Positions 1-9,535 of a DNA stretch of 64,000 nucleotides are shown in pieces (position 1 is the first letter of the stretch; each line of letters begins with the position of its first letter). The notes under the pieces are model-generated. The model ran no database searches. It saw only the letters and a list, made by a program, of their open reading frames with translations, and was not told where the DNA came from. The DNA comes from Candidatus Woesearchaeota archaeon (lineage in GTDB: Archaea > Nanobdellota > Nanobdellia > Woesearchaeales > UBA10216): the NCBI GenBank assembly GCA_016192905.1, contig JACPTG010000001.1, forward strand, positions 101,005 to 165,004, read 5' to 3'. Both the position numbers and the translations under genes were made by a program.

Positions 1-28
1 CATAGAAGAAGGTTACAGGGTTTTTGAA

Positions 29-364
29 ATGCAAAAGTATGGCTTTGTGGGCTATGAACGACGGATAGTGGCTGGCAGGCAAAACATCCTGGTTACGGCA
101 ACAGCCGATGAGCGCCATCTGAGGGTTGAGATTGAACTCTTTGGGGATTACCCCGGAGTCCTTAAGGGCATACCTCAGGAATTCAATTTTGAGATAAAAG
201 GTAGAAACGAACATCGAAGGTTGGCCTCTTATGAGTTTGCGGGGCTTCCTGTTTCTGATCTCGAAGGTTTGGTTGTCAACACGCTTTCCAGAGTTCATTT
301 GGGGCTGAAAATAATAAACTACAGAGCGCCAGATTATTTAAGGGCGATAGGCATAGTGGAATAA
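29..364 (+). CDS. hypothetical protein
   Basis: 111-aa ORF, no recognised motif. Confidence 0.6.
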   Translation: MQKYGFVGYERRIVAGRQNILVTATADERHLRVEIELFGDYPGVLKGIPQEFNFEIKGRNEHRRLASYEFAGLPVSDLEGLVVNTLSRVHLGLKIINYRAPDYLRAIGIVE

Positions 365-372
365 ATCTGCAT

Positions 373-537
373 TTATTTCTTCAGCTTGGACAAAAGCAAG
401 GCATATTCGGCAGGGGATATGTAATAGCCGGCATCGACAAGCGCATTGAGCGTCTTTTCGGCCTCTGGCCGAGTGATGAGCTTTCTGGCGGCAGCCATAA
501 AGAATACTGTCTTATTGAGAATTGGAATCACTAACAT
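373..537 (-). pseudogene. DUF3368/PIN-associated C-terminal fragment
   Basis: Hand translation MLVIPILNKTVFFMAAARKLITRPEAEKTLNALVDAGYYISPAEY resembles the DUF3368 helical tail; no PIN core. Confidence 0.4.
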
Positions 538-549
538 ATTTAAATATTC

Positions 550-1326
550 ATGCTTTTCTGCCTGAAAATGGAGTTCGCATACCCCTTGGTTAGTGTTTTG
601 GCCGTGTCCCTTGTCTCTTTTGTCGGAGCCTTTGCGTTGTTCTCAAAGCGAAGGGATAACCTGCTTTTTCTGCTGGTTAGCCTGTCAGCAGGAACCCTTG
701 TTGGCGGCGGTCTTCTTCACCTGATTCCTGAGGCGGTTGAGGTTTACGGTGAATTTTCTGTTCAGCTTTCTTTGCTGGTTATTGCCGGAATTGTCGTGTT
801 TTTCCTGCTGGACCATGTTATTCACTGGCATCACTCGCACTCTGATTCACTGGTTCACCAGGTTAAGACTGGAAACAGGAAAAGGATAGCTTACCTTAAC
901 CTGATTGGCGACGGGCTTCACAACTTCATTGACGGCCTTGTAATAGCAGGCAGTTATATCATCAGCCTTGAGACAGGTATTGCAGTAACCATTGGCATAA
1001 TTGTGCATGAGACCCCGCAGGAAATCGCTGATTTTGGAGTGCTGCTTTACAGTGGCTTTTCAAGGACAAAGGCATTGCTCCTGAATTTTGGCTCTGCCTG
1101 TCTTGCCATTGTGGGGACTATTGCCGGGTTGATGTTTGCTTCCCGGTCAGTAATTTTCCTCAAGTTGATTCTTCCTTTTGCAGGCGGCGCTTTCCTGTAC
1201 ATAGCTTGCTCAACAATGATTCCTGAGATTTTCCACCACAGGACCAACTTGAAAAAATCTGCCGCAAGCTTTTTGTTCATGATAGTTGGCGTTGCAATAA
1301 TGTACGGCCTGATTTTTCTGGAGTGA
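550..1326 (+). CDS. ZIP family zinc/metal transporter
   Basis: His-rich loop HWHHSH, GDGLHNFIDG and HETPQEIADFG motifs, multiple TM segments. Confidence 0.95.
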   Translation: MLFCLKMEFAYPLVSVLAVSLVSFVGAFALFSKRRDNLLFLLVSLSAGTLVGGGLLHLIPEAVEVYGEFSVQLSLLVIAGIVVFFLLDHVIHWHHSHSDSLVHQVKTGNRKRIAYLNLIGDGLHNFIDGLVIAGSYIISLETGIAVTIGIIVHETPQEIADFGVLLYSGFSRTKALLLNFGSACLAIVGTIAGLMFASRSVIFLKLILPFAGGAFLYIACSTMIPEIFHHRTNLKKSAASFLFMIVGVAIMYGLIFLE

Positions 1327-1396
1327 TATTGCAGCATCTCCCTTGAATTCATCCTCCCCTGTTTGAAGAAGGAAATTTAGGCTTTAGTTACCAGCA

Positions 1397-2062
1397 TCAT
1401 TGTTTGGTACAATTACGCCTAAGCCAATCTTTATCCAAGATAAACCAAGGAAACGCAGGTTCATTTTCACTCTGCCTTAATTGGAAAGAGTATCCCTTAG
1501 CAGTGCATACAGTAGCTACCCAAACACCGGCAGATTTTATAACTTCCATACAGGGGATAAAATCAGCATCCCCGCTTATAAGAATACACGCATTACAGTC
1601 TTTTGCAATCATACTATGCCTAATCATAGCAGTTGCTATCATAATATCAATACCCTTTTCCTTGACGCTGACACTCCCAATATAATCCTTCCAATGGGAC
1701 TTGACAACTGGCTCACATGCCTTGCATAGGCCCAATAGAGAAATCTCATTGTCTATTATTTGTATTCTTTCCTGGTTAGAGTGTCTTTGAAGCTTTCTTG
1801 TCTTAACTTCTATCCCTTGTTTTCTAAGGCTCTCAAGATATTTCATGTGGCCTTCATACTTATTTTTTCCATCTTCAATACTTGGGACAGAATTAAAGTA
1901 TTCAATGTCTTTAAGTTTGCAATTAAAATGCTCTGTTATTAGCTCTGATAATCTCCTTAAATTTATTGTTCCTGGGCTAAGGAAACTAGCCTTTAAGTTA
2001 TGATAGAGATTATTGCCATCAATAAATACAATGGCCTGCTTTAATTCCTTAGCCTGATTCAT
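1397..2062 (-). CDS. NYN domain (LabA/DUF88) ribonuclease
   Basis: FIDGNNLY, EKGIDI and LISGDADF motifs; CxxC insertion. Confidence 0.92.
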   Translation of the reverse strand: MNQAKELKQAIVFIDGNNLYHNLKASFLSPGTINLRRLSELITEHFNCKLKDIEYFNSVPSIEDGKNKYEGHMKYLESLRKQGIEVKTRKLQRHSNQERIQIIDNEISLLGLCKACEPVVKSHWKDYIGSVSVKEKGIDIMIATAMIRHSMIAKDCNACILISGDADFIPCMEVIKSAGVWVATVCTAKGYSFQLRQSENEPAFPWFILDKDWLRRNCTKQ

Positions 2063-2118
2063 GCTTGTTTAATCAGAACCTTCATTTAAAAATCTATTCA
2101 GGCAATGTGGATTAGAAA

Positions 2119-2155
2119 CCTGGCATTCCCCCACCACAGGCGAGGTCATACCAGG
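2119..2155 (-). ncRNA. putative hairpin small RNA upstream of the NYN gene
   Basis: CCUGGUAU-GA-CCUCGCC-UGU-GGUGGGG-GA-AUGCCAGG stem with G-U pairs and tandem G-A; own TATA near 2185-2192. Confidence 0.45.
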
Positions 2156-2332
2156 GACTTCATAGTGCAAAAGAACGAATTTATCATATAAAAGCTTTTC
2201 CTTAAAAACACCTCATCCAATATATATTTTATAGTCCATATTGGACTTTGTCGTTCTCTGCCAGTTCACACTTTCACATCAAGCCTTGTTTTTAAGCCTG
2301 GGTGTTACAGATGATTTGACTTTGGAGCAGAA

Positions 2333-2403
2333 TGCGGTAGCCGGGATTCGAACCCGGACTGCAGCCTTGGCAAGGCCACGTCCTGCCGTTAGACTACTAC
2401 CGC
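2333..2403 (-). tRNA. tRNA-Gly(GCC)
   Basis: Cloverleaf, anticodon loop TTGCCAA, T loop TTCGAAT. Confidence 0.95.
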
Positions 2404-2472
2404 AAATTATGTTGGCTTTAACACCTCGCTATTTAACATTTACTGTCAAATCATCAAGCGTCATTTTGAATA

Positions 2473-2565
2473 TGGGCCCGCCCAGGATCGAACTGGGGAC
2501 CTTCACCGTGTAAGGGTGACGTCATTTGCGGCGTTTTCCCTTCGTAACCGCTAGACTACGGGCCC
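2473..2565 (-). tRNA. tRNA-Val(TAC) with 20-nt D-loop intron (2526-2545)
   Basis: Cloverleaf after removing ACGAAGGGAAAACGCCGCAA; BHB with GCGG/CCGC helix and TTA/AAA bulges. Confidence 0.92.
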
Positions 2566-2696
2566 TTGTGTTTTGCGTTGAAGGGGCTTATATAAAAATT
2601 GCGCATTTCCGCCTGAGGCAGGGGTAGCGATTTTGTATTCACCAAAAAGTGACAAACACAGAAAGGCTTATATATCGGTGGGCCATGCCGTTAAGC

Positions 2697-3593
2697 ATGA
2701 ATCTGCGTGGAAGGCATAGGCCTGCTGTAAGCCGTAGGAGCTTATTGCGCTTCACAGGGGCTGTAGCGCTGCTCGTAGGCGCCAATGCGCTGGGTGCAGT
2801 AATGGTAAAACCGCCCGAGGCATTTGTGGAAAGGGCTGAGAGTCCGAATGGAGTTGCCATGGCGGAGCATGCATTGAAGCAGTATTCGGATAACCATTCG
2901 AAGGCCTATTCTGCCGTGTCGCCTGGTGAGCTGGCTGTGGTTGAGCGGGTTCTTTACGTTGAAATGCCCCCTTTCTCTCCTGAAGAGAGGCCTGCGGGTG
3001 TCTCGCTGGAGGGTTATATGGGTGCTTATGTCACAGCTGCGATGAACATAGCCTCTGTTATCAAGAACAGGACTGTAAGCCCTGACTTCCAGGTTAATCA
3101 AGGGGAACGGAATTTGCGTCATATTCTGTTGCAGCCCGGAGAGTTCAGCGGAGTTTACATGCAGCCTTTTTCCAGCCTGATTTTTAAGCCCGGCTCCCCA
3201 AAGCCTGAGGATCTTGAACGCATTGCTGCAAGGAACCCGGACAGGCATGCGTGGGCGGCAAGCCTGGACAGGCTGGTGCCGTACCTGAATACAGCCAGGA
3301 TTTCTGAGGATGATTTGGCTGCCTATGGAAACAGCCATAGGGAGCAGGAGCTTTTCAGGATGCAGACGCAGGCTGACCTTATCCGAAAGGCCATCGCCAC
3401 GGAGTTTGGGAATGGCATGGCAAGCGGAAGCCTGGCTGCTGAGTACTATAAGAATAACGGGGCTGCCAAGGGAAAGGTGTGGGATGGGCAGTGTGTTGGA
3501 ATTAACAGGCTTGAGTGGGTTGGCTCTGACCCAAAAGAACTCCCTGAGCATCAGAGGCACAACTATTTCAGGATTGTCTCCAGATGCTCTTAG
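2697..3593 (+). CDS. Tat-signal SleB/Hydrolase_2-like cell wall hydrolase
   Basis: SRRSLL plus hydrophobic helix; ERVLYVE, IASVIKNRTVSPDF, ILLQPGEFS and HNYFR resemble SleB motifs; start placed ~30 nt after TATA. Confidence 0.6.
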   Translation: MNLRGRHRPAVSRRSLLRFTGAVALLVGANALGAVMVKPPEAFVERAESPNGVAMAEHALKQYSDNHSKAYSAVSPGELAVVERVLYVEMPPFSPEERPAGVSLEGYMGAYVTAAMNIASVIKNRTVSPDFQVNQGERNLRHILLQPGEFSGVYMQPFSSLIFKPGSPKPEDLERIAARNPDRHAWAASLDRLVPYLNTARISEDDLAAYGNSHREQELFRMQTQADLIRKAIATEFGNGMASGSLAAEYYKNNGAAKGKVWDGQCVGINRLEWVGSDPKELPEHQRHNYFRIVSRCS

Positions 3594-4993
3594 GCTACAG
3601 GGTGTATCTTTATTGAATTAGTGAGGTTCTCCTTTCCGACTATTGAGCCTGAGATGCAAAGCACCTTGTCTCCCTTCCTGAGCGCCTTTTCCGACTTCAG
3701 GACTGAGAGGACGAAGGAGAATATCCTTTCAGTGTCTGCAGCGCGCTTGAATTTTATAACTCTTGGACTCACTCCCCAGATGAGGCTCATCTGGTTGGCA
3801 GTCGTCCTGTCCCCTGTTATCGCGTATATTGGCTGGGTTGGCTCGAACTTGGCTATCATCCTGGCAGTCCTGCCTGTCTCTGTCAGAAGCACTATTGCTT
3901 TGAAGTCAAGCGGATACCTGCTGAGCGTGTCCACGGCCTGGCTTACGGCTTCTGTAGTGTTGCCTGGCTTCTGGTGTGCCGGCCTGAATCCCCTGAGGTT
4001 TTTGCTGTTTATGCTTTCGTCTATCTGCGCCATTACCCTGACGGCCAAGACCGGGTAATGCCCCACTGCTGTTTCGGCCGAGAGCATTACCGCGTCTGTT
4101 CCGTCGAGTATCGCATTCGCAACGTCGCTGACCTCTGCCCTTGTCGGCCTGGGATTTTCTATCATTGACTCAAGCATCTGCGTTGCCGTGATTACAGGCT
4201 TGGCAGCCTCCCTTGCCTTTCTGATGAGGTCCTTCTGGACCAGGGGAACCTCGGTTAGCGGTATTTCTATCCCGAGGTCGCCCCTTGCCACCATTATGGC
4301 ATCAGTCTCCTCAAGGATTTCTGCAAAGTTCTTGATTGCCTGCGGCCGCTCTATCTTTGCTATTATCTTTGCCGGGCTTCCTGCAATGCGCCTGCGGAGG
4401 GCCTGGATGTCGCCGCGATTCCTCACGAATGAGAGGGCAAAGAAATCAACGTGATTCTTCAGCCCCAGCCTTATCATTTCAAAGTCCTTTTTCTCAAGGA
4501 CAGGAAGGTCCAGGTCTGCGTCAGGGAGGTTTACGCTCTTGTGGTTAGAGATTTTCCCGCCCCTTACAACCTTTGCCTTCACCGAGCCTGCTGAGGCTGA
4601 GATTGCCCTGAACTCAAATTTGCCGTCATCAATATAGAATGTATGGCCTGGCTTTATCTTCCTGAGGACGCGGGTATCGTTGAGGATTATCTTCTGCTGG
4701 CTGCCAAGGTCGCCAGGCGCAAAGGTTACTGTTGCGCCCTCCTTCAGCTCTGCGTGGCCAGCTTCAAACTTGCCTATCCTTATTTCCGGGCCTTTCAGGT
4801 CCAGCATTATTCCAACGTTGCGGCGCCCAGCCACTGCCCTTATGCGCGCAATAATTCCCTCAAGCCATTCAGGTTTGCTGTGCTTCGCGTTAAGCCTGAA
4901 TACAGTTGCGCCAGCCTCAATCAGCTCTGCTATGGCCTGCTGCGATTCAGAGGAAGGCCCGAGGGTTGCGACAATCTTTGTCCTGGTCTGCAT
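3590..4993 (-). CDS. pyk: pyruvate kinase
   Basis: TKIVATLGP, IMVARGDLG, ATQMLESM, PTRAEVSDV. Confidence 0.98.
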   Translation of the reverse strand: MQTRTKIVATLGPSSESQQAIAELIEAGATVFRLNAKHSKPEWLEGIIARIRAVAGRRNVGIMLDLKGPEIRIGKFEAGHAELKEGATVTFAPGDLGSQQKIILNDTRVLRKIKPGHTFYIDDGKFEFRAISASAGSVKAKVVRGGKISNHKSVNLPDADLDLPVLEKKDFEMIRLGLKNHVDFFALSFVRNRGDIQALRRRIAGSPAKIIAKIERPQAIKNFAEILEETDAIMVARGDLGIEIPLTEVPLVQKDLIRKAREAAKPVITATQMLESMIENPRPTRAEVSDVANAILDGTDAVMLSAETAVGHYPVLAVRVMAQIDESINSKNLRGFRPAHQKPGNTTEAVSQAVDTLSRYPLDFKAIVLLTETGRTARMIAKFEPTQPIYAITGDRTTANQMSLIWGVSPRVIKFKRAADTERIFSFVLSVLKSEKALRKGDKVLCISGSIVGKENLTNSIKIHPVA

Positions 4994-5070
4994 TGACGCC
5001 GATGAGGCTGTGCTTTATTTAAGCCTATCGCAAGTCTATTTCACAAGCCTTGCCAAAATTCCGGTCTCGT

Positions 5071-5179
5071 AAAAAGTTAAATGGCAGGCTGTTCCTGCTT
5101 TTTTCAGGCAGCCCCTTTGGGACTCGCCACGTGTACGGTTTGGCTTCGTGCACTGCTTGCAAAGTTTACCCCTTGTTTT
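5071..5179 (+). repeat. dispersed structured intergenic element, copy A
   Basis: Shares GCAGGxTGT..AGGCAGCCCC..GGGA..GCCA..GTGTAC..GCAA.GTT with 63192-63301 and with the reverse strand of 21961-22069. Confidence 0.7.
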
Positions 5180-5189
5180 ATGTTAAGAT

Positions 5190-6680
5190 TTACTTTGCCG
5201 AATCCTTCAGCATCTGCACGAGCAGCCTCACGCCGAATGCTGTTGCGCCCTTTGGCCTGTAGCCGCTGTCAGTGTCAGCCCATGCTGTTCCTGCTATGTC
5301 AACATGCGCCCACTTGCACCCTTCAACAAAGTTTGAGAGCAGTTTCCCGCCAACGCTTGCGCCTGCGCCGCTTCCAGGCTGGTTGGTGGTCACGTTTTTC
5401 ATGTCTGCGAAATCGCTCTTGACGTACTCCTGGTATTCCGGGTATAACGGCAGCTGCCACACCCTTTCAAATGTCTTTTCGCCGGCGGCCTCCAGGGAGC
5501 TGATAAGGCTTTCATCAGTGCCCATTATGCCCGCGGCCTCTGAGCCCAGCGCAACAAAGCAGGCTCCTGTAAGAGTGGCGACGTCTATTATGTAGTCAGG
5601 GTTGAAGGACTTTGAGTAATGCAGCGCGTCAGCGAGCACAATTCTTCCCTCTGCGTCCGTGTTGAGGATTTCTATTGTCTTGCCGCTCATCGTGGTTATG
5701 ATGTCGCCCGGCTTGTATGATTCGGGGCCTATCATGTTTTCTGCCAGCGCCATTACCCCGATGATCCTGTGCGGCAGCTGAAGCTGGGCTGCGCTTATCG
5801 TGGCCATAAGGACTGCTGCTGCTCCTGACATGTCATACTTCATCAATTCCATTCCCACTGCAGGCTTCAGGTCAAGCCCTCCGCTGTCAAAGGTTATCCC
5901 CTTGCCCACAAGCGCATAAGTCTTCCTGCAGCCTTTTGGGGCGTATTCAACAACCGCCATTCTTGGCTCGCTTGAGCTGCCTGCGCCAACCGCCAGCATG
6001 CCGTTCGCGCGGATTTTCTGAAGGGCTTTCCTGTCAAGGATTGTCACCTTAACGTCCTTCAGGCCCTTGCACAGCTCTGCCGCCTTTTCTGCAATGTATT
6101 TTGGATTGGCGACTGATGCTTGCTCGTTGATGAGGTCTTTTGCAGTTATGCAGTTCAGGGCCACTATCCTGCCATAATTCAGCGCATCCTCAAGGGCCTT
6201 GTCCTGCCGTCCTGCGGCGACCACCACTTTCTTCAGCTTTACAGCTTGCCTGTCTGACTTGTAACGGTCAAACTTGTGGCTGGCCATTATGCTTGCCTCG
6301 GCCACTGCAATCACAATGTCTTCCTCTGCCAAGCCAAGGTACTTCCCAAACACAGGGAAAGCAAGCTCCTCAACGCCTGCGCCTCTTGAGGCGTTTACAG
6401 CCTGGCCTGCTGCGACCCTCAACTTGTTCAGGTGGAACTTGTCCTTGGCGCCGAGCCCAACAAGCAGTATTCTGGCAGGCCTTGAGCCTGTGTAGACAAA
6501 GAATACCTGGCCGTCCTTTCCCTGAAAGTCGCCTGCCTGTATCGGCGCATTCACCTTATCCGCAAATCCTTTCCCGAAGTATTTGGCTACATTCGCTGCA
6601 CCTTCAAAGTCAAAGGCAACAGTGGCGTCACTAGTTGCGTCAATCGGCTGCTCTTTCGATAGCGATACTTCAACAGGCAT
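5190..6680 (-). CDS. pepA: M17 leucyl aminopeptidase
   Basis: GKGITFDSGG, MKYDMSG and NTDAEGR motifs. Confidence 0.98.
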   Translation of the reverse strand: MPVEVSLSKEQPIDATSDATVAFDFEGAANVAKYFGKGFADKVNAPIQAGDFQGKDGQVFFVYTGSRPARILLVGLGAKDKFHLNKLRVAAGQAVNASRGAGVEELAFPVFGKYLGLAEEDIVIAVAEASIMASHKFDRYKSDRQAVKLKKVVVAAGRQDKALEDALNYGRIVALNCITAKDLINEQASVANPKYIAEKAAELCKGLKDVKVTILDRKALQKIRANGMLAVGAGSSSEPRMAVVEYAPKGCRKTYALVGKGITFDSGGLDLKPAVGMELMKYDMSGAAAVLMATISAAQLQLPHRIIGVMALAENMIGPESYKPGDIITTMSGKTIEILNTDAEGRIVLADALHYSKSFNPDYIIDVATLTGACFVALGSEAAGIMGTDESLISSLEAAGEKTFERVWQLPLYPEYQEYVKSDFADMKNVTTNQPGSGAGASVGGKLLSNFVEGCKWAHVDIAGTAWADTDSGYRPKGATAFGVRLLVQMLKDSAK

Positions 6681-6883
6681 GTGCAGTCACCTCGTGAGGC
6701 GGCTTGCAGCCGGCTTTTTAAATAGTTTGTGAATATTTTTGCCTGTGCGAAAGTCTTAAATAATAGGGCCTTTTACCAAGAGTATCATGAGAGTTGGTTA
6801 TCTTCATAGGAAGTAATGCAAGTTCTGATTTTAATAGTTCCAACTCCTCAGCGGGAAAACAAGCAACAGAGAGGTATTTTTAT

Positions 6884-6974
6884 GGCTGCCGTAGTGTAGC
6901 GGTTCGCATTGAGGCCTGTGGAAGCTATAGCCTTCAGACAGCCTCCGGGAGGGGTTCGAGTCCCCTCGGCGGCC
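6884..6974 (+). tRNA. tRNA-His(GTG) with encoded G-1 and 18-nt intron at 37/38 (6922-6939)
   Basis: Cloverleaf, C73 discriminator, relaxed BHB. Confidence 0.92.
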
Positions 6975-7078
6975 CTTCTTCAAAGGCCACTTCTGACAAG
7001 CATCAGCATTGCTAGTTCTGCAATTGTCAATCAACAAGATTGACCATCAGATTCAACAATAAACTCATGGAGGATAAG

Positions 7079-7387
7079 ATGAAAATTCAAATTGGAGTCA
7101 TGGGGTCTGCGCAAGACCTGGATTATGGAGAGGAATTGGAAAGGCTTGCCGAAGAAACAGGCTATCAGATAGCCAGCAGAGGAGCATTACTGGTATTTGG
7201 GTACCAGCTGAACATTCCGCTTGTTGCAATGAGGAACACAGGGGGCTGGAGTGAAAGGCTGGCAGATACCTACTTTGATGCACGGAAAAGGAGACCGGTT
7301 GTAGGGGCTGCAACACCAGAGGAGGCAGCGGAAATAGCTGTAACTCTCGCGAAAGAATACCTTGGCCAATTTGTGAGGGCAAAATGA
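7079..7387 (+). pseudogene. TIGR00725/LOG-like Rossmann protein with internal in-frame deletion
   Basis: N-terminal IGVMGS..GYQIASRGALLVFG joined directly to C-terminal YQLNIPLV..TGGWS..TPEEA; central GVMEA/RN/GTLSE region absent. Confidence 0.65.
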
Positions 7388-8454
7388 AACTAAAACTTGC
7401 GCTTCCATCAGGAAGCCTGAACAATTCGACCAGGGGAAACACAAACGAGCTGTTCAAAACAGCAGGCTACCAAATAACCGGGTACGAACCTGGGCAGGAA
7501 GAGTTCAGCCCAAGAATCGGCAACGACCCAGAGCTAGAGCTGCTGGTGGACAGGCCCAGGGACATTCCCATGCAAATTGATTTTGGCGTGTATGACGCAG
7601 GAATCCTTGGCCTGGACGCCTATAAGGAGTCAGGCTGGGAGGGGATGATTCAGGAAGTTTGCGACCTTGGTTACGGCCGTATCAGGATAGTCTCGGCGGG
7701 GCCGTATCCTAAAGGTGCAACAACGGCTTCGGTAATGCAGGAATATGCGGATTACAAGTCCAAACCAGATTCCGAACGACAGCTTGGACCAGTCAGGGAA
7801 ACGCGCTTCCCTCTAAAAAGCTTGCGTGTAAACAAGATGTTGTTCCGGATTGCGACAGAATACCCCCTAATCACAAAAGAATGGGTGGATCCCCTGTCCC
7901 GCCGAATCTTTTTTGGACAACCTGCCCAGATACAGGCGCCATGGAACCCTTACAACCTGGACGCACGACTGGAAATAGCAGTAACTACCGGAAAGACAGA
8001 GCAAAAGGCAAGGACGGGCTTTGCAGACCTGATAGTCGAGGCAACGCAGAGCGGGAGAACGCTTGAAAGGGCTGGCCTTACAGTGCTGGATGAAATAATG
8101 ACCTCAACCGCAAGGCTTTACGCCAGAACAAAGGACAGCTGGAAGGAAGGCAAGATAAGGGAAGTGGCCACAATGCTGATGGCAGCCACAGGAGCAATGA
8201 AGTACATGATAGTGATGAACGTGCCTGAAGACGGGCTGGAAAGGGTGGCAAACTTCCTCAGGACAGCAGGCTACTGCGCCAAGGAGCCAACAGTAAGCAG
8301 GTACAACGGCAACTGCTCAGTGGAAACCGCAATACCCAGGAATGAGTATCCGCAAGCTGTAAGGCAGCTGTTGATGCTTGGGGCGGATGACATCTACAAC
8401 TCCAACACAGGAGCATTTGTCCAGCGCGACGCTGTAAAATGGAGGGCCAAATGA
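7384..8454 (+). CDS. hisG: ATP phosphoribosyltransferase (long form)
   Basis: [35 protein letters not shown]-terminal regulatory domain. Confidence 0.93.
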   Translation: MKLKLALPSGSLNNSTRGNTNELFKTAGYQITGYEPGQEEFSPRIGNDPELELLVDRPRDIPMQIDFGVYDAGILGLDAYKESGWEGMIQEVCDLGYGRIRIVSAGPYPKGATTASVMQEYADYKSKPDSERQLGPVRETRFPLKSLRVNKMLFRIATEYPLITKEWVDPLSRRIFFGQPAQIQAPWNPYNLDARLEIAVTTGKTEQKARTGFADLIVEATQSGRTLERAGLTVLDEIMTSTARLYARTKDSWKEGKIREVATMLMAATGAMKYMIVMNVPEDGLERVANFLRTAGYCAKEPTVSRYNGNCSVETAIPRNEYPQAVRQLLMLGADDIYNSNTGAFVQRDAVKWRAK

Positions 8455-8783
8455 GTTTGGACACGAAAGTGGAGCCAGACTTTAATAAGCGCGGCGGCCT
8501 TGTAGTTGCAGTTGCACAGGATTACCGTACCGGCCAGGTCCTGATGCAAGCCTACATGAACCCGGAGGCATGGGCGGCAACGGTTGAGACCGGCCTGGCG
8601 ACTTACTGGAGCACAAGCCGGAATGAGCTCTGGCGGAAGGGAGCAACATCAGGGGACTGGCAGGTTGTTAAGGAGATTTACCTGGACTGTGACAGCGATG
8701 CTGTGCTGCTTAAAGTAGAGCAGCAGGGAAAAGGAGCATGCCACACCGGGGAATACAGCTGCTTTTACAGGAGGGTGAAATGA
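8451..8783 (+). CDS. hisI: phosphoribosyl-AMP cyclohydrolase
   Basis: [32 protein letters not shown]. Confidence 0.97.
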   Translation: MSLDTKVEPDFNKRGGLVVAVAQDYRTGQVLMQAYMNPEAWAATVETGLATYWSTSRNELWRKGATSGDWQVVKEIYLDCDSDAVLLKVEQQGKGACHTGEYSCFYRRVK

Positions 8784-8873
8784 AGCGGATAGGAATACTT
8801 GGAGGTTAAACTGCTGGACACGATAGAAATCCTTGCAGAGGCAACAGTCAGGGCTGCGGATAGAAAACCTTAA
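8780..8873 (+). pseudogene. aspartate/glutamate racemase remnant
   Basis: MKRIGILGG* followed in another frame by LLDTIEILAEATV, i.e. the first and last motifs of the family only. Confidence 0.55.
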
Positions 8874-8891
8874 ATAGTCAAACTGTTAAAC

Positions 8892-9146
8892 ATGTTAAAC
8901 ATGACAACAAAAGCGGTCAGAGGAATTAGAGAGGAAGAGTGGGCGGAAATAAAGGCGATGGCAAGCGAAGGAGGGTTACCTATTTCAAGGATAATTGTCA
9001 TGGGCGCAAGGGAACTGAAGAAGAAAAAGGCGAAGGAAGCGTGGGAAAAAGTACTTTCCGAAAGGCCTGACCCAAAGCTCGCTGATGCGATCGAGGAGGC
9101 TTCAAGGCAAATACGGTCCAGATTCAGGCTTAGGGAATTCAAATGA
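8892..9146 (+). CDS. VapB-like antitoxin
   Basis: Small RHH-like protein overlapping the PIN gene. Confidence 0.7.
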   Translation: MLNMTTKAVRGIREEEWAEIKAMASEGGLPISRIIVMGARELKKKKAKEAWEKVLSERPDPKLADAIEEASRQIRSRFRLREFK

Positions 9147-9535
9147 CATACCTACTGGATACAAGCGTACTGATTGATATGAAAAGAGGCAATCCAACAA
9201 TTATTCGCGCCCTAAGACAGCTCTTGGGGGTCTCCCAGACCATGCCTTCCATAACCCTTTTCACATACTCAGAATATTATCTTGGCAGCATAAAGGAGGG
9301 GAAGCAGGTGGAGGCCGCAGATTTCTTGAACCAGTTTGCACATTTGAATTTTTCATTGCCATCCGCAAGATTATTTTCAGAGTTAAATTATAAGTACAAG
9401 ATCAAAGGGATTGTTTTTGACACTCTTGACTTGATGAATGCATCAATTGCAATTAATGAACAATTGGTGTTTGTGACAAGCGATAAGTTTTTCAACAATT
9501 TAACCGAACTCAGAAAAATCATCATACCAAGATGA
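9143..9535 (+). CDS. vapC: VapC PIN-domain toxin
   Basis: YLLDTSVLID, DLMNASIA, VTSDKFF. Confidence 0.9.
   Translation: MTYLLDTSVLIDMKRGNPTIIRALRQLLGVSQTMPSITLFTYSEYYLGSIKEGKQVEAADFLNQFAHLNFSLPSARLFSELNYKYKIKGIVFDTLDLMNASIAINEQLVFVTSDKFFNNLTELRKIIIPR

Noticed and set aside
5050..5422. Short ORFs overlapping repeat copy A as real genes
   Set aside because: No reading frame is shared among the three copies
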